Source: Vulgatibacter sp. (GTDB lineage Bacteria > Myxococcota > Myxococcia > Myxococcales > Vulgatibacteraceae). From it: DNA of 64,000 nucleotides. Each line of letters starts with the position of its first letter. Within the stretch, counting starts at the first letter, position 1. The stretch lies in NCBI GenBank assembly GCA_035565615.1, contig DATMSB010000114.1, positions 989 to 64,988 on the forward strand, read 5' to 3'. The notes beneath the pieces were generated by a model. It saw nothing but the letters and a program-made list of their open reading frames with translations. It was not told the origin of the DNA and did no database searches. Shown in pieces: positions 34,916 through 44,580 of the stretch. Both the position numbers and the translations under genes were made by a program.

Positions 34916-36439
34916 CTACCCGGCTCGTCGGCTCAATACGCTGCGAAGTGCTGCAAGGTCTTCTCGGCTGAGAAGTCCTGTCGCAATCGCCATCCCGCAG
35001 AAAACGACCAGAAAAACCGGAATTCCGACCAATGGAGTCGACGTAGGTAGCGAGAGCACGACAAAGGCAGCGACGCCAGCCGACAGAGCCGATCGGAGAA
35101 AGTCGACGAACATCCTTGGCCTTAGAACACCACTCGGAACCAAAGAGGCGGTCCCCACGAGTACGACCAGTTCACCAAGCGCACTCGCGGCAAGTGCCCC
35201 GATGGCGCCGTTTCCCCACCTGGCCTGGGACAATGGAATGAAATGCCAGTTGAGACCAGCGACCAGGGCCATCGTCACGACACGAATGGCAGCGGCCTGG
35301 TTCGTCCGACCCACAATGATTGCAACTGCGCCGAACAACATGTTCAAGAAAATGAGAAACAGACCGACTGACATGAGCTGAAGGATCGTCGTCGACGGAC
35401 CATACATTTCCCGCCCGTAAATCAATCCAATCGCGACGTCTGCGAATAGCGCCGTCCCAGCTGCGACCAATACGCCCAGAACCAGAACTGGCCGAAGGGC
35501 GTTGGCAAGCTCCTCACGCAGCATTACCGGATCGCTGGCCGCCCTGGATAGTACGGGGAACGATGCGGTGATGAGGATCGAGGCCGGCATGACGAGCGTG
35601 TTCGTGATTGTCCTTGCAGCGCCGTACCATCCAAGAACCTCGGAGATCGCCAGTGCGGAGAGCATCAATGTCTCTACATACAATTGGGCGTGAGAGAGCA
35701 CGCCCGTCACGAGCACCGGTGCTCCTTCCCGCAAGAGGTGGCGGACGGACTCTCCGGCGACTCGGGCACGAGCAAAACCGGCTCTGTGTGCTTGGCGAAT
35801 CGAGTATATGAGCGCGCCGGTCCCGGCTACACCAAGTGATAAGATCACCGAAACTAGACGCCCACCCAAACCAAACGCCGCAAGCACGATTCCGACGTGC
35901 ATCACCTTGTTGACTACAGTAGCACGGGCGTCGAGATCCATTCGCTGATGACCGCGGAAGATCTGGCCATAGGTGTGCAATAGCGAATTCGGAATCCATG
36001 CGACGATCGTGAGGGCCATCAACACCTGCGTCCGCGTATCATAGTCGAGGCCTCTCACGACAAGTACGCCGATCACCGTTGCCGGGACAGCCAGAACCGT
36101 TCGGATCACGATGGCGCTGCCCAATAGCCTCGATGTTAGATCGGGAAACCTCGCCACATCCCGCATGAGAATCGAGCCTTGACCCCACTCGACGAAGGTA
36201 TGAGCGAAGTAGGTGGATGTTAGCAAGAAGAAGTAGAGGCCGAAGTCATTTACTCCAAGGGTCCTTCCGAGTTGAGAATTCAATAGAATCGAGAGAACAG
36301 TTGTGATCACTTGTCCGGATAACAGATGAAATGCACTGCGCGCTACTTTTCCTCGCGCAGGCTGTCCGGATGCCGGATTCGCGTCTGCCTCCGTCGACGT
36401 TGTCGAATCTTCCTGTCTCTGAGCGGAAACCTGGCTCAT
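34916..36439 (-). CDS. wzx: Wzx polysaccharide flippase
   Basis: Multi-TM MOP-fold protein: LGRTLGVNDFGLYF, VLGWYGAA, FPVLSR, GAIGALAAS. Confidence 0.88.
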   Translation of the reverse strand: MSQVSAQRQEDSTTSTEADANPASGQPARGKVARSAFHLLSGQVITTVLSILLNSQLGRTLGVNDFGLYFFLLTSTYFAHTFVEWGQGSILMRDVARFPDLTSRLLGSAIVIRTVLAVPATVIGVLVVRGLDYDTRTQVLMALTIVAWIPNSLLHTYGQIFRGHQRMDLDARATVVNKVMHVGIVLAAFGLGGRLVSVILSLGVAGTGALIYSIRQAHRAGFARARVAGESVRHLLREGAPVLVTGVLSHAQLYVETLMLSALAISEVLGWYGAARTITNTLVMPASILITASFPVLSRAASDPVMLREELANALRPVLVLGVLVAAGTALFADVAIGLIYGREMYGPSTTILQLMSVGLFLIFLNMLFGAVAIIVGRTNQAAAIRVVTMALVAGLNWHFIPLSQARWGNGAIGALAASALGELVVLVGTASLVPSGVLRPRMFVDFLRSALSAGVAAFVVLSLPTSTPLVGIPVFLVVFCGMAIATGLLSREDLAALRSVLSRRAG

Positions 36440-36506
36440 TCCACCACCGATGGCGATGTCTTATGGTAAGCCAAAATCATTCTGGCCATTCTCGCAACAA
36501 ACCTGC

Positions 36507-38060
36507 TCAAGCGGTTTGTCTGCTCTGAGGCCACGCTCCAGTCGCCACCGCCAGCTTAGAGGCGAGCGACATCGAAAGAGCCGCAGCGAGTTTGTATTGA
36601 ATGAAATGCGAGCCCGTATCTCCCCATGCTACCGCAAGACAAGCAACGACGCTCGCGATGCAAATGGCCGCAGCAATTCTTTCGAATAGAGTTCGTGAGA
36701 ACCGCTCTGCGCGAACGGCAAGGAAGACGACGAACAAATAGGGCAGCCATAAGGCCGCAAATCCTGGAAGGCCGGCGAGCAACAGGAGGCCAAGAATCGT
36801 GTTGTGTGGCCATCCCTTGTAGTCGGCGTAGTGTTGAGAGATGTCATCGTTGAACATGTGCTCGACATACTCTCCGCCTAGGCCGATTCCAAGGATGGAA
36901 CTCTCTCGAATGCTCACGGCGATGTTCCAGGTCTCTCTTTCTCGCCACAGCGTCGAGTGGTCCACCTTCGAATCCAACATCGTCCGAATCTTGGCGATCG
37001 GTACGAAGAGACCCCCTAACTGCGTGTTATTCCATCCGATGGCGAGGTATGCCAGAAGCAATGGTGCAGAGATTGCGGAAATTCTAACTATCCTAGACTT
37101 CCACGGTCTCCAACTCGAACAGAGAAAGACGACAACCATCGCCATGGCGAGAATGGCCCAAACTAGCCTTCGGCCGTTTAGGACCATCCCCCATATGGGA
37201 AGCGGCAGGAGAATCGCGGCCCATACGATCGAGCGCCAAGTCCATGTCTCCAGCACGGAAATCACCAAGACGAGCACCGCCAGAGCGAAAAGGATGGAGT
37301 CTCCATGGTTGGTGGCAGTCGCTAGCATGCCACCGGTCAGCTTCGGCGCGACAACGAGCTGTACATATGCTGCGATTAGCGCCTTGACTTGAGCTGCAGC
37401 CACCAGCGCCAATCCGATCGCATGGAAATCCTCAGGGTGTCGAAGCGTGGTTTGGAAGAGCAGGAAAAACATGGGGATATGAAGCAGATAGCGAACCTTC
37501 CAAAGCGCGAGGCCATGACCATTCAGTAGGCTCATGCCAACAGCGAAGAGACACCCTGCCACGAGGAGAATGATGCAGCTTCGCATCACGCCCGCGGTCT
37601 GGACGGCTCGACGTCCCTCGAAGTCGGGGCGGGTCGCCCGTCGGAAGGCGGCAATGGCCAAGAGCACGACGGTGACCACTTCGAATCCGGCAACTGGAAG
37701 GCGACTTACATTGGAGAACCCATATCCCAATAGATCGCCGATGTGAACCAAGGGGCTTGCCCAGATGCCGTGCGCATCGGTCGAAATCTCGAGCGAGAGA
37801 ATCAGGAACACGAGGACCGTGGCGGACCAGCGCAGTGGAACCCGCGCCAAGACGAAGAGCAGCCCCACAACGAGTGGTGGCGCGACAGCCATTACAGGGT
37901 TCCCGCCGGTCGCGACCACACCTACGACGATCAGCAGGCCCGTCCCCAGCGCGACGACCGTAGCGAGCGACCCGTCGAGCGCATTGGCCGGAAACTCGCG
38001 AGTTTCGTAGGTAGGCCCTACGGCGTCAGCCGTGCGGAACGAAGAACCGCGTGTGCCCAT
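36507..38060 (-). CDS. wzy: Wzy polymerase / O-antigen ligase-family membrane protein
   Basis: Multi-TM protein with NGRRLVW, periplasmic loop STLWRERE...LGIGLGGEY...PHNTILGL (Wzy_C-like). Adjacent to wzx. Confidence 0.82.
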   Translation of the reverse strand: MGTRGSSFRTADAVGPTYETREFPANALDGSLATVVALGTGLLIVVGVVATGGNPVMAVAPPLVVGLLFVLARVPLRWSATVLVFLILSLEISTDAHGIWASPLVHIGDLLGYGFSNVSRLPVAGFEVVTVVLLAIAAFRRATRPDFEGRRAVQTAGVMRSCIILLVAGCLFAVGMSLLNGHGLALWKVRYLLHIPMFFLLFQTTLRHPEDFHAIGLALVAAAQVKALIAAYVQLVVAPKLTGGMLATATNHGDSILFALAVLVLVISVLETWTWRSIVWAAILLPLPIWGMVLNGRRLVWAILAMAMVVVFLCSSWRPWKSRIVRISAISAPLLLAYLAIGWNNTQLGGLFVPIAKIRTMLDSKVDHSTLWRERETWNIAVSIRESSILGIGLGGEYVEHMFNDDISQHYADYKGWPHNTILGLLLLAGLPGFAALWLPYLFVVFLAVRAERFSRTLFERIAAAICIASVVACLAVAWGDTGSHFIQYKLAAALSMSLASKLAVATGAWPQSRQTA

Positions 38061-38208
38061 ATGCCACGTAATAGTAGTAGATTACTAAAAAAGTAAGGAA
38101 CCAGGCGACCATTCTCAGGCTACCCTTTACCGGATCGGGATGTCTTGCCGCGATCGCCGGGATTGCAAAGGTCATCCAAATTATGGACATCAGTAGAAGT
38201 GTTTTCAC
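38026..38208 (-). CDS. small 60-aa two-TM membrane protein overlapping the wzy start
   Basis: MKTLLLMSIIWMTFAIPAIAARHPDPVKGSLRMVAWFLTFLVIYYYYVAYG: helix-(RHPDPVKG)-helix. GTG start, 35-nt overlap with wzy. Confidence 0.65.
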   Translation of the reverse strand: MKTLLLMSIIWMTFAIPAIAARHPDPVKGSLRMVAWFLTFLVIYYYYVAYGHTRFFVPHG

Positions 38209-38345
38209 CTATATGCCGGTCCTATAGCGCAGAGCATCTTCGCATCGAGTGCCGGAACCGGTGGAGGCCGGTTTGAAATGGTATTGGCTCCCGCCGGAGG
38301 CTTGCCTGGGGCTCAAGCACTTTCGGAGGTGATGAGCGCTGCAGT

Positions 38346-41045
38346 TCAGGGACCCATGAGCTGATCGAAGCGTTCGTACGCTGGAAGCCCTCCCAGGACC
38401 TCCCCATCGTCGCTTTCAGGCGTAACCCACGGCCAATTCTTGTCGCCAAAGAACGGGGGCTTTGCCTCGAGGTAGAGAGATGGAGGAAGGTCCTGTCTCT
38501 GAATCCCGGCGTCCCAGACGATTCCGCGAGTCACGAAGTCGTAATTGCCATGACGAATCGTGGTTGCTACCACTTGAGCGTCCTGACCGTTCTTTCCCGC
38601 GTTGTGTTCTACTCCGACCGCCCATATGGGGACTGGATCCCATTTCCAAGGAGGCGAAACCCGCTCGTAGATGAAGCCTGACTGCGGTGCTGCCACCATG
38701 TCGCTGCTGCCCAGTACGTTTCCGATGAAGGTGGTCCAAAGCTGCCATTCAGGAACCTCCACGAAACGACGTGCAATCTCGTCCGTCAGTTGCAGCGGCG
38801 GCACAGAGCGCCGTCTGCCGTTTACGTGATTGCGGAAGAACGTTATGTAGATGCTGTTTCCCCAGTACGCATCGCCCCCGATGTTCCAGGTCTCGTTTCC
38901 CTCGAAGAGCTCGTGATGCGGAGCGGCGTAGTGAGCCGCACTTAGACCGACTTCTGGAATATTGGGATAACCTGCACCCCATCCATCTTCGAAATAGTTG
39001 TAGCCGATGACGTTACCACCTCCGCTTGCACGCATTGTTATGACTTTGTTGAAATTCCAGACGATGTTGTTCTCGAGGAGGTTGTCGGCCGAATACGTGG
39101 TGATGTCTATGCCGTAGCCACCGCCGCCGGGGTTCGGGTTGACCGTGCTGTGAATGAACGAATCGCGGAGGACGCTTCGGAAGGCGTAGGTAAAGGACAC
39201 GCTGCTACCCTCACTCCGAACCGACTCGACGTTCTTCGCCCACGAGTAGGAGGTTCCGGTAAAGGGAATGTTGCCCTGCCCTCCGCTACCTCCGTCGACC
39301 AGGATATCCTCAAGACCGATCCACTTTCGTGTAGGCCTGACGGGCCCACCGGGCTCATCTCCTGAGAACCGAACGATCTGTGCTTCGTTGGAGGTGTAGT
39401 ATGTCAATCGAAGGGGCGTGGTGAAGGTGAGGGTGTTGCCGTCTACCCCGGCGATCTCCAGGACCTGCCCGGTCGGGCGATTCTGTCGGCAGAACCACCT
39501 GCGATTTCCATCGTTCGGGTCGGTCTGGTTGACCGTGTTCCACCAAGAGCCGACCCGGTCGGTGTCCACTAGCTGATCGATGAACACCAGCTCACCGACC
39601 GAATAGCCGGGGTTGTTGACTACGGTTACTTGCGTCGCGCCGTGGGGCGCGTCCGCGGCAAGGTCGATGGGAGTCGAGAACTTGATCCATAACTGCCCGA
39701 TCTGAACCACAGGCATGTTGGATCCTGGCGCCTTGATCAGTCGGGTCGCGTTGGCGCCGCGCGGCCCCTGGCCACGCAAAGTTACGAAGCTGGGAATGAC
39801 CAAACCATTTCCACGGATGAAGTAGTCGCCGGCCGCCAGAAATACGATTTTCCGCGCGTTCTCTCTGGCAATCGCTCCGGCTGCATTGAGCGCAGCTTGA
39901 ATGGCATTGGATGCGTCCGTGGTTCCGTTCGCGAGTGCGGGGTCGACAGAAAAACCGCTGAATGGGTCTCCGTCCGGGACATAGACGGTTGCAGGGCGAA
40001 CGGGATCTGAGTCCAATGGGATTCCGCCGACGGCGTTCAAGCCTGGGTTCCACCGCGTCTGTCGGTCCGGCGGCAAGAGGCCCGTGGCGTCCGTGCTACT
40101 CGGACGAACAACGGCGACCTCGGCGACCGCGCTCTTCGACGGGTCGACAACGCTCGTCGCGACGATATTGAACGAACCCGGATTCGGAGGCGCGGAGTAG
40201 ACTCCGTTCGAGTCGATCGAGCCTCCCGTGTCACCTTCCTGTACTTTCCATGTAACTGCTTGGTTGTCGGTGCCGCGCAGTCTTGCCTGAAACTGGACGC
40301 TCCCGTTGGTCACGACCTCGACGATCGCTGGCTCGATTGTAACGGAGATTGGTTCGCGGACCGAAACGGTTGCAGTCCCACGAGCACTCGGATCAAATGT
40401 AGAGGTGGCGACGACTGTGAACGTACCTGCCGAAGGGGGTGCCGTATATTGTCCGCTCGAATCGATTTTCCCGCCGGCATCCCCTTGCTCGACCGTCCAC
40501 GTCACGGATTGGTCGGAAATCCCAGTGACGACTGCCTTGAACTGCTGCGTTCCGAGAGAGGAGACTTCGACTTCCGCTGGCTCTATTTTGATCTGGGCGT
40601 GGTGGTGTCCGGATCCGCCTGCTCCTCCGGACCCGCCTATTCCTCCGGTTCCGCCAACTCCTCCGGCGCCACCGGCCCCCCCCGTTCCAGGAACGACCTC
40701 TCGGACAATCACCTTCGCAGTGCCTTGTAGCCTTGGATCTATGATGCTGACAGCGATGACGGTGAACACCCCTGGAGAAGATGGAGCGGTGTAGAAGCCA
40801 TTCGGGTCGATTGTGCCCCCATCGGGTTCTGCAATACTCCATGTAACCGCGTTCGCGCTCGCATCGTTTACGGTCGCCGTGAACTGCTGAGTCTCGCCAC
40901 TGCTGACGTCCGCCTGCGCCGGATGGACCTCGACCGTGATCGCGTTGGGCGGACCCAAGACGCGCTCTTGCTTCGCTGTGCATGCGGCGCCGACGGAGAG
41001 GAAGGCGAGCGGTAGGACCATTGGGGCCAAGCGAACGCGAATCAT
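38346..41045 (-). CDS. lipoprotein: 3 Ig-like repeats + right-handed beta-helix (pectate-lyase-like) domain
   Basis: GGAGG RBS before ATG 41045, lipobox GAAC, three ~80-aa repeats (V.P....V....QF.A.V......VTW......G.ID..G.Y.AP...G.F...A.S..DP), a Gly-rich linker, then TDASNAIQAALNAA...IVFLAAGDY and Asn-rich beta-helix coils. Confidence 0.82.
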   Translation of the reverse strand: MIRVRLAPMVLPLAFLSVGAACTAKQERVLGPPNAITVEVHPAQADVSSGETQQFTATVNDASANAVTWSIAEPDGGTIDPNGFYTAPSSPGVFTVIAVSIIDPRLQGTAKVIVREVVPGTGGAGGAGGVGGTGGIGGSGGAGGSGHHHAQIKIEPAEVEVSSLGTQQFKAVVTGISDQSVTWTVEQGDAGGKIDSSGQYTAPPSAGTFTVVATSTFDPSARGTATVSVREPISVTIEPAIVEVVTNGSVQFQARLRGTDNQAVTWKVQEGDTGGSIDSNGVYSAPPNPGSFNIVATSVVDPSKSAVAEVAVVRPSSTDATGLLPPDRQTRWNPGLNAVGGIPLDSDPVRPATVYVPDGDPFSGFSVDPALANGTTDASNAIQAALNAAGAIARENARKIVFLAAGDYFIRGNGLVIPSFVTLRGQGPRGANATRLIKAPGSNMPVVQIGQLWIKFSTPIDLAADAPHGATQVTVVNNPGYSVGELVFIDQLVDTDRVGSWWNTVNQTDPNDGNRRWFCRQNRPTGQVLEIAGVDGNTLTFTTPLRLTYYTSNEAQIVRFSGDEPGGPVRPTRKWIGLEDILVDGGSGGQGNIPFTGTSYSWAKNVESVRSEGSSVSFTYAFRSVLRDSFIHSTVNPNPGGGGYGIDITTYSADNLLENNIVWNFNKVITMRASGGGNVIGYNYFEDGWGAGYPNIPEVGLSAAHYAAPHHELFEGNETWNIGGDAYWGNSIYITFFRNHVNGRRRSVPPLQLTDEIARRFVEVPEWQLWTTFIGNVLGSSDMVAAPQSGFIYERVSPPWKWDPVPIWAVGVEHNAGKNGQDAQVVATTIRHGNYDFVTRGIVWDAGIQRQDLPPSLYLEAKPPFFGDKNWPWVTPESDDGEVLGGLPAYERFDQLMGP

Positions 41046-41532
41046 CGAAACCTCCAGCCGTTCCAGAATCCGGCCCCCAAGGTCTATTGCGGAGTCGCAC
41101 TGGATGATAGCTCCAGCGAACACTTCGTCGGTTGGGCCCTGGCGCGCCCAAGATAGCATCCTTTCGGCGGCATGCACGCTCGCCTTGCGTGCTGGCCAAC
41201 GCCAACGGCTCATGCCACGGCGGCGTCAGGGCATGCCTCCGAGCCCGGATCCAGTGGCGCAGGCTCTTCGCGGCCGCGGGCGTCGCGGACCCCCTGCCGG
41301 CAACCGCGGTGACGAATTTGCGGCTCTCGGCCGAGCTGACCGGTCAGACGGTGACCAGCCGCGTTTCGAGGCACTTCCCTATAGGGGCCGCGCTCCAGGG
41401 AGCTGATAGAGCGGATCGAATGGGAGGCGCGAGCCCCGTCGCGGAGGCCTGGCTGGCTAGGTATGGCGACCCGTGGTAGGGTGCCGCGCTGCCGAACAAG
41501 AGCGCCCGATCCGATCTTCTGTGAAGCCCCTC

Positions 41533-42171
41533 ATGCTTGCCCGCCCCTTCCGAACAACGGCTCTGGGCCCCATCGCTGCCCTTCTCCTGGTCATCCCCTT
41601 CGGTTTCTCGCTGCAAGGCTGCGCGACCAGCGCGCCGTATCGGTGGGTCGACGACGCGCCGGCCGGGCACGAGGACCCGAACGTGTACCGGATCGCCGCT
41701 CGCGACGTGATCAGCGTCCGCGTCTGGAACCAGGAATCCATGGGAATGGAGCGGGCACGGGTCCGCGAGGACGGGAAGATCTCGCTTCCGTTCCTGAAGG
41801 ACGTGAGCGTCGTGGGGATGACGCCGAACGAGCTCAGCGAGAAGTTGCAGAAGGAGCTGGTGTCCCTGATCGTCGAACCGATCGTGACCGTGACCCTGGA
41901 GGAGCCCGCTCCCCTGAACGTCTCGGTGATCGGCGAGGTCGCGACCGCTGGGGCCTTCACGATGCCGCGGCCTGCCGGCGTGCTGCAGGCGATCGCCGCC
42001 GCAGGTGGCCTCACCCCCTACGCGGATCGCGACAGCATCTACGTGCTGAGGCGGCTCGCGCCGGCGATCCCTCCCACTCGGATCCGCTTCCGCTATCGAG
42101 ACCTCACGAGCGGTGGAACCCCGGCTGCCGCCTTCCTCCTCAAGAGCGGCGATGTCGTCGTCGTGGAGTGA
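41533..42171 (+). CDS. wza: short OPX/Wza-family polysaccharide export lipoprotein (EpsY-like)
   Basis: Lipobox LQGC, YRIAARDVISVRVW, VREDGKISLPFL (Poly_export), a single SLBB (VSVIGEV...LQAIAAAGGLT). Ends at LKSGDVVVVE with no OM helix. Confidence 0.9.
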   Translation: MLARPFRTTALGPIAALLLVIPFGFSLQGCATSAPYRWVDDAPAGHEDPNVYRIAARDVISVRVWNQESMGMERARVREDGKISLPFLKDVSVVGMTPNELSEKLQKELVSLIVEPIVTVTLEEPAPLNVSVIGEVATAGAFTMPRPAGVLQAIAAAGGLTPYADRDSIYVLRRLAPAIPPTRIRFRYRDLTSGGTPAAAFLLKSGDVVVVE

Positions 42172-43388
42172 CCTTGATCGCGGCGCTCCTCGGCGCAATC
42201 TCGCTGTTCTCGCTCGGTCCGCTCGGGGACATCGAGGCGGATGCAGGGGTTCAAGCGGGTTCGAGGCTGCGGGTCGTCGACGAGCAGGAGCGGCCGGGCC
42301 AGGGGACTTCATCTCAGGATCGCAGGGTCGGCGAGTTCGACCTGGGGCCACGCCTCACGCTCACGAATGACGCGAGATTGCGGCTCGCTCTCACCTACGC
42401 ACCCACCTTGCACGTGCCGATGGAGCTGGCGCCTGCGGAAACGCCCGAGGGCCAGACTCTCTCTCAGGTGGAAGGTGCGACCTACCTGCACAACGCGGAG
42501 CTTCGTGCAGAACGGCCTCTGGGTCGCTGGGTGCTCCGCGGCAGCGCCGGTGCCTCGTATGGGTCCCTCGACCCGCTCGCTTCCGGCGCACTGCCGGGAC
42601 AACCCCTCGTCGGTACGGCGCGGATTCCGTACCGGGCCCTCACGCTTTCCGCTGGCGTCACTTTGACTCCGTCGTCGCGCACGCTCGTGTCCCTCGACGC
42701 CGGCGCGTCCTCGAGCGGCGGCGATGGGACGGTGGCGGAGCAATCGCTACCGACGCAGCGCGACCTCCGTGTCGACGGCGCGTTCGACCTGCGAGCCACG
42801 CGGAGGGACACCTATGGGGCGCTGCTCTCCTTCGCTGGCGCTCGCGTCCAGCGAGGAAGCGACTCGGTCGCCCTGCGAGCCGGAGGAAGTTGGACGCGCG
42901 GACTGACGCCACGTCATTCGCTGCGCCTCTCCGGTGGCGCCGCGGTGGCGCGGGAACAGAGCTTGGGTGGCGACAACCCCGGCGTCCTGCCTTGGGCGGA
43001 GGGTTCGCTCGCGTATTCGCCCGGTGAGCGACGCCCCACCCTCGCGGTGACGCTGGGGGCCCAGCCCGCGATCGACCGCCTCACGGGTGCCGTGGACGTC
43101 CGCGGGTTCGTCGAGGCTCGGTCGGCGTGGGCGCCGGCTCGTGACTGGGCGTTCGGCGTCTCGGGCCAGGCGGCCGTTCTCGAACCCTGGCTCGGCTATC
43201 AGGGGCAGGAGGTTTCGCGGACCTGGACGGGAGGGGTGGGGATTCGAATGGATCGATCCCTCGGCAGGTTCCTGACCGCCGGCGCCGGAGTGTTCTCGAC
43301 GTGGCAGCGCAGCGGTCGCGAGGATCTGGCGACGTTCCGCGAGGTCGTCGCCATGCTGGATCTGGTCGCGACACTGTCGCCGCGCTGA
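42168..43388 (+). CDS. probable outer-membrane beta-barrel partner of OPX (EpsX/Wzp-like)
   Basis: GTG overlaps the OPX stop. Signal peptide followed by alternating amphipathic beta-strands (RLRLALTYAP, LSAGVTLTP, SWTRGLT, FLTAGAGV). Confidence 0.7.
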   Translation: MTLIAALLGAISLFSLGPLGDIEADAGVQAGSRLRVVDEQERPGQGTSSQDRRVGEFDLGPRLTLTNDARLRLALTYAPTLHVPMELAPAETPEGQTLSQVEGATYLHNAELRAERPLGRWVLRGSAGASYGSLDPLASGALPGQPLVGTARIPYRALTLSAGVTLTPSSRTLVSLDAGASSSGGDGTVAEQSLPTQRDLRVDGAFDLRATRRDTYGALLSFAGARVQRGSDSVALRAGGSWTRGLTPRHSLRLSGGAAVAREQSLGGDNPGVLPWAEGSLAYSPGERRPTLAVTLGAQPAIDRLTGAVDVRGFVEARSAWAPARDWAFGVSGQAAVLEPWLGYQGQEVSRTWTGGVGIRMDRSLGRFLTAGAGVFSTWQRSGREDLATFREVVAMLDLVATLSPR

Positions 43389-43542
43389 CGCCCGCCGGTC
43401 GCCTTCCGGGCGGTCCGGCTCGCCCATGCCTTTCGCTCGATCGTGGTCCCGCATTCGTGGGAGTGACGGCCGACGATGGCGTGGGTACGTTCCGCCCCGC
43501 TGACTACCGCAGGCCACCCAAGGTCAGATCGGGGTCCAAGTC

Positions 43543-44580
43543 ATGGGTGAACGCTGCACCGGAACGTCGAGACGCTACGTCTTGATCTCACCTTGCCGCA
43601 ACGAGGCGGCCTTCATCCGTCGCACGCTCGACAGCGTGGCGGCCCAGACCGTTCCGCCTGCGCTCTGGGTGATCGTGGACGACGGTTCGTCGGACGACAC
43701 GCCGAGGATTCTCGAGGAGTACTCCAAGAAGCTTCCCTACCTTCGAGTGATTCGGCGCAGCGATCGGGGTCGCCGCGCCGTGGGGCCGGGCGTGGTCGAG
43801 GCGTTCTACGAAGGTCTCGGAACGCTGGACCTCGACGAGTACGACTACGTCTGCAAGCTCGACGTCGACCTCGAGCTGCCCGAGCGCTACTTCGAGCTCC
43901 TCATGGTGCGCATGGAGGCCGATCCACGGCTCGGGACCTGCTCCGGTAAGCCCTGGTTCCATCACCCGATCGGCGATCACCTCGTCCCCGAGACCTGCGG
44001 CGACGAGATGTCGGTGGGGATGTCCAAATTCTACAGGGTGGAGTGCTTCCGTGAGATCGGTGGGTTCGTCCGGCAGGTGATGTGGGACGGCATCGACTGC
44101 CACCGTGCGCGGATGCTCGGGTGGATCGCGCAGGCCTTCAACGACGAGGCGCTCAGGTTCATCCACCTGCGGGCCATGGGTTCGAGCGACCGAGGGATCC
44201 TCACGGGACGCGTTCGCTACGGCTTCGGTCAGTACTTCATGGGAACGTCCCCCCTTTTCCTCGTGGCGAGCGCGGTGTTCCGCATGCTCAAGCACCCGGC
44301 GATCACGGGGAGCATGGCCACGCTCTGGGGCTTTTTCTGGAGCGCGGTGAAGGGACTCCCCCGCTACGAGGACCCGGAGTTCAGAAAGTTCGTCCGCCGC
44401 TACCAGCACATGGCCTTGCTGATGGGCAAGCGCCGGGCGATCGCGAGGTTGAATCGCGAGCGAGCCACCGTGTGGGAAGCGCGTCAACGGCGCCGAGTTT
44501 CGGCGAATAGTGCCGCACCCGCTTTGGTGAAGGCCCCGGTTCAGGCGCAGGCCCGCGTTGCGGGCGGCATCCGGGCTTGA
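43543..44580 (+). CDS. GT2-family glycosyltransferase
   Basis: ISPCRNEA, WVIVDDGSSDDT, KLDVD (DxD). Confidence 0.9.
   Translation: MGERCTGTSRRYVLISPCRNEAAFIRRTLDSVAAQTVPPALWVIVDDGSSDDTPRILEEYSKKLPYLRVIRRSDRGRRAVGPGVVEAFYEGLGTLDLDEYDYVCKLDVDLELPERYFELLMVRMEADPRLGTCSGKPWFHHPIGDHLVPETCGDEMSVGMSKFYRVECFREIGGFVRQVMWDGIDCHRARMLGWIAQAFNDEALRFIHLRAMGSSDRGILTGRVRYGFGQYFMGTSPLFLVASAVFRMLKHPAITGSMATLWGFFWSAVKGLPRYEDPEFRKFVRRYQHMALLMGKRRAIARLNRERATVWEARQRRRVSANSAAPALVKAPVQAQARVAGGIRA

Larger units (their letters stand above)
33530..41250. other. AT-richer cassette (GT4, wzx, wzy, small ORF, Ig/beta-helix lipoprotein)
   Basis: Frequent A/T third positions and runs such as GTTAGCAAGAAGAAGTAG and GATTACTAAAAAAGTAAG contrast with the flanks. 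Judged by eye, boundaries approximate. Confidence 0.7.

Noticed and set aside
33530-41250. Mobile element or prophage explaining the AT-richer cassette
   Set aside because: No transposase, integrase, att-like repeat, tRNA or phage gene was found; reported only as a compositional anomaly.
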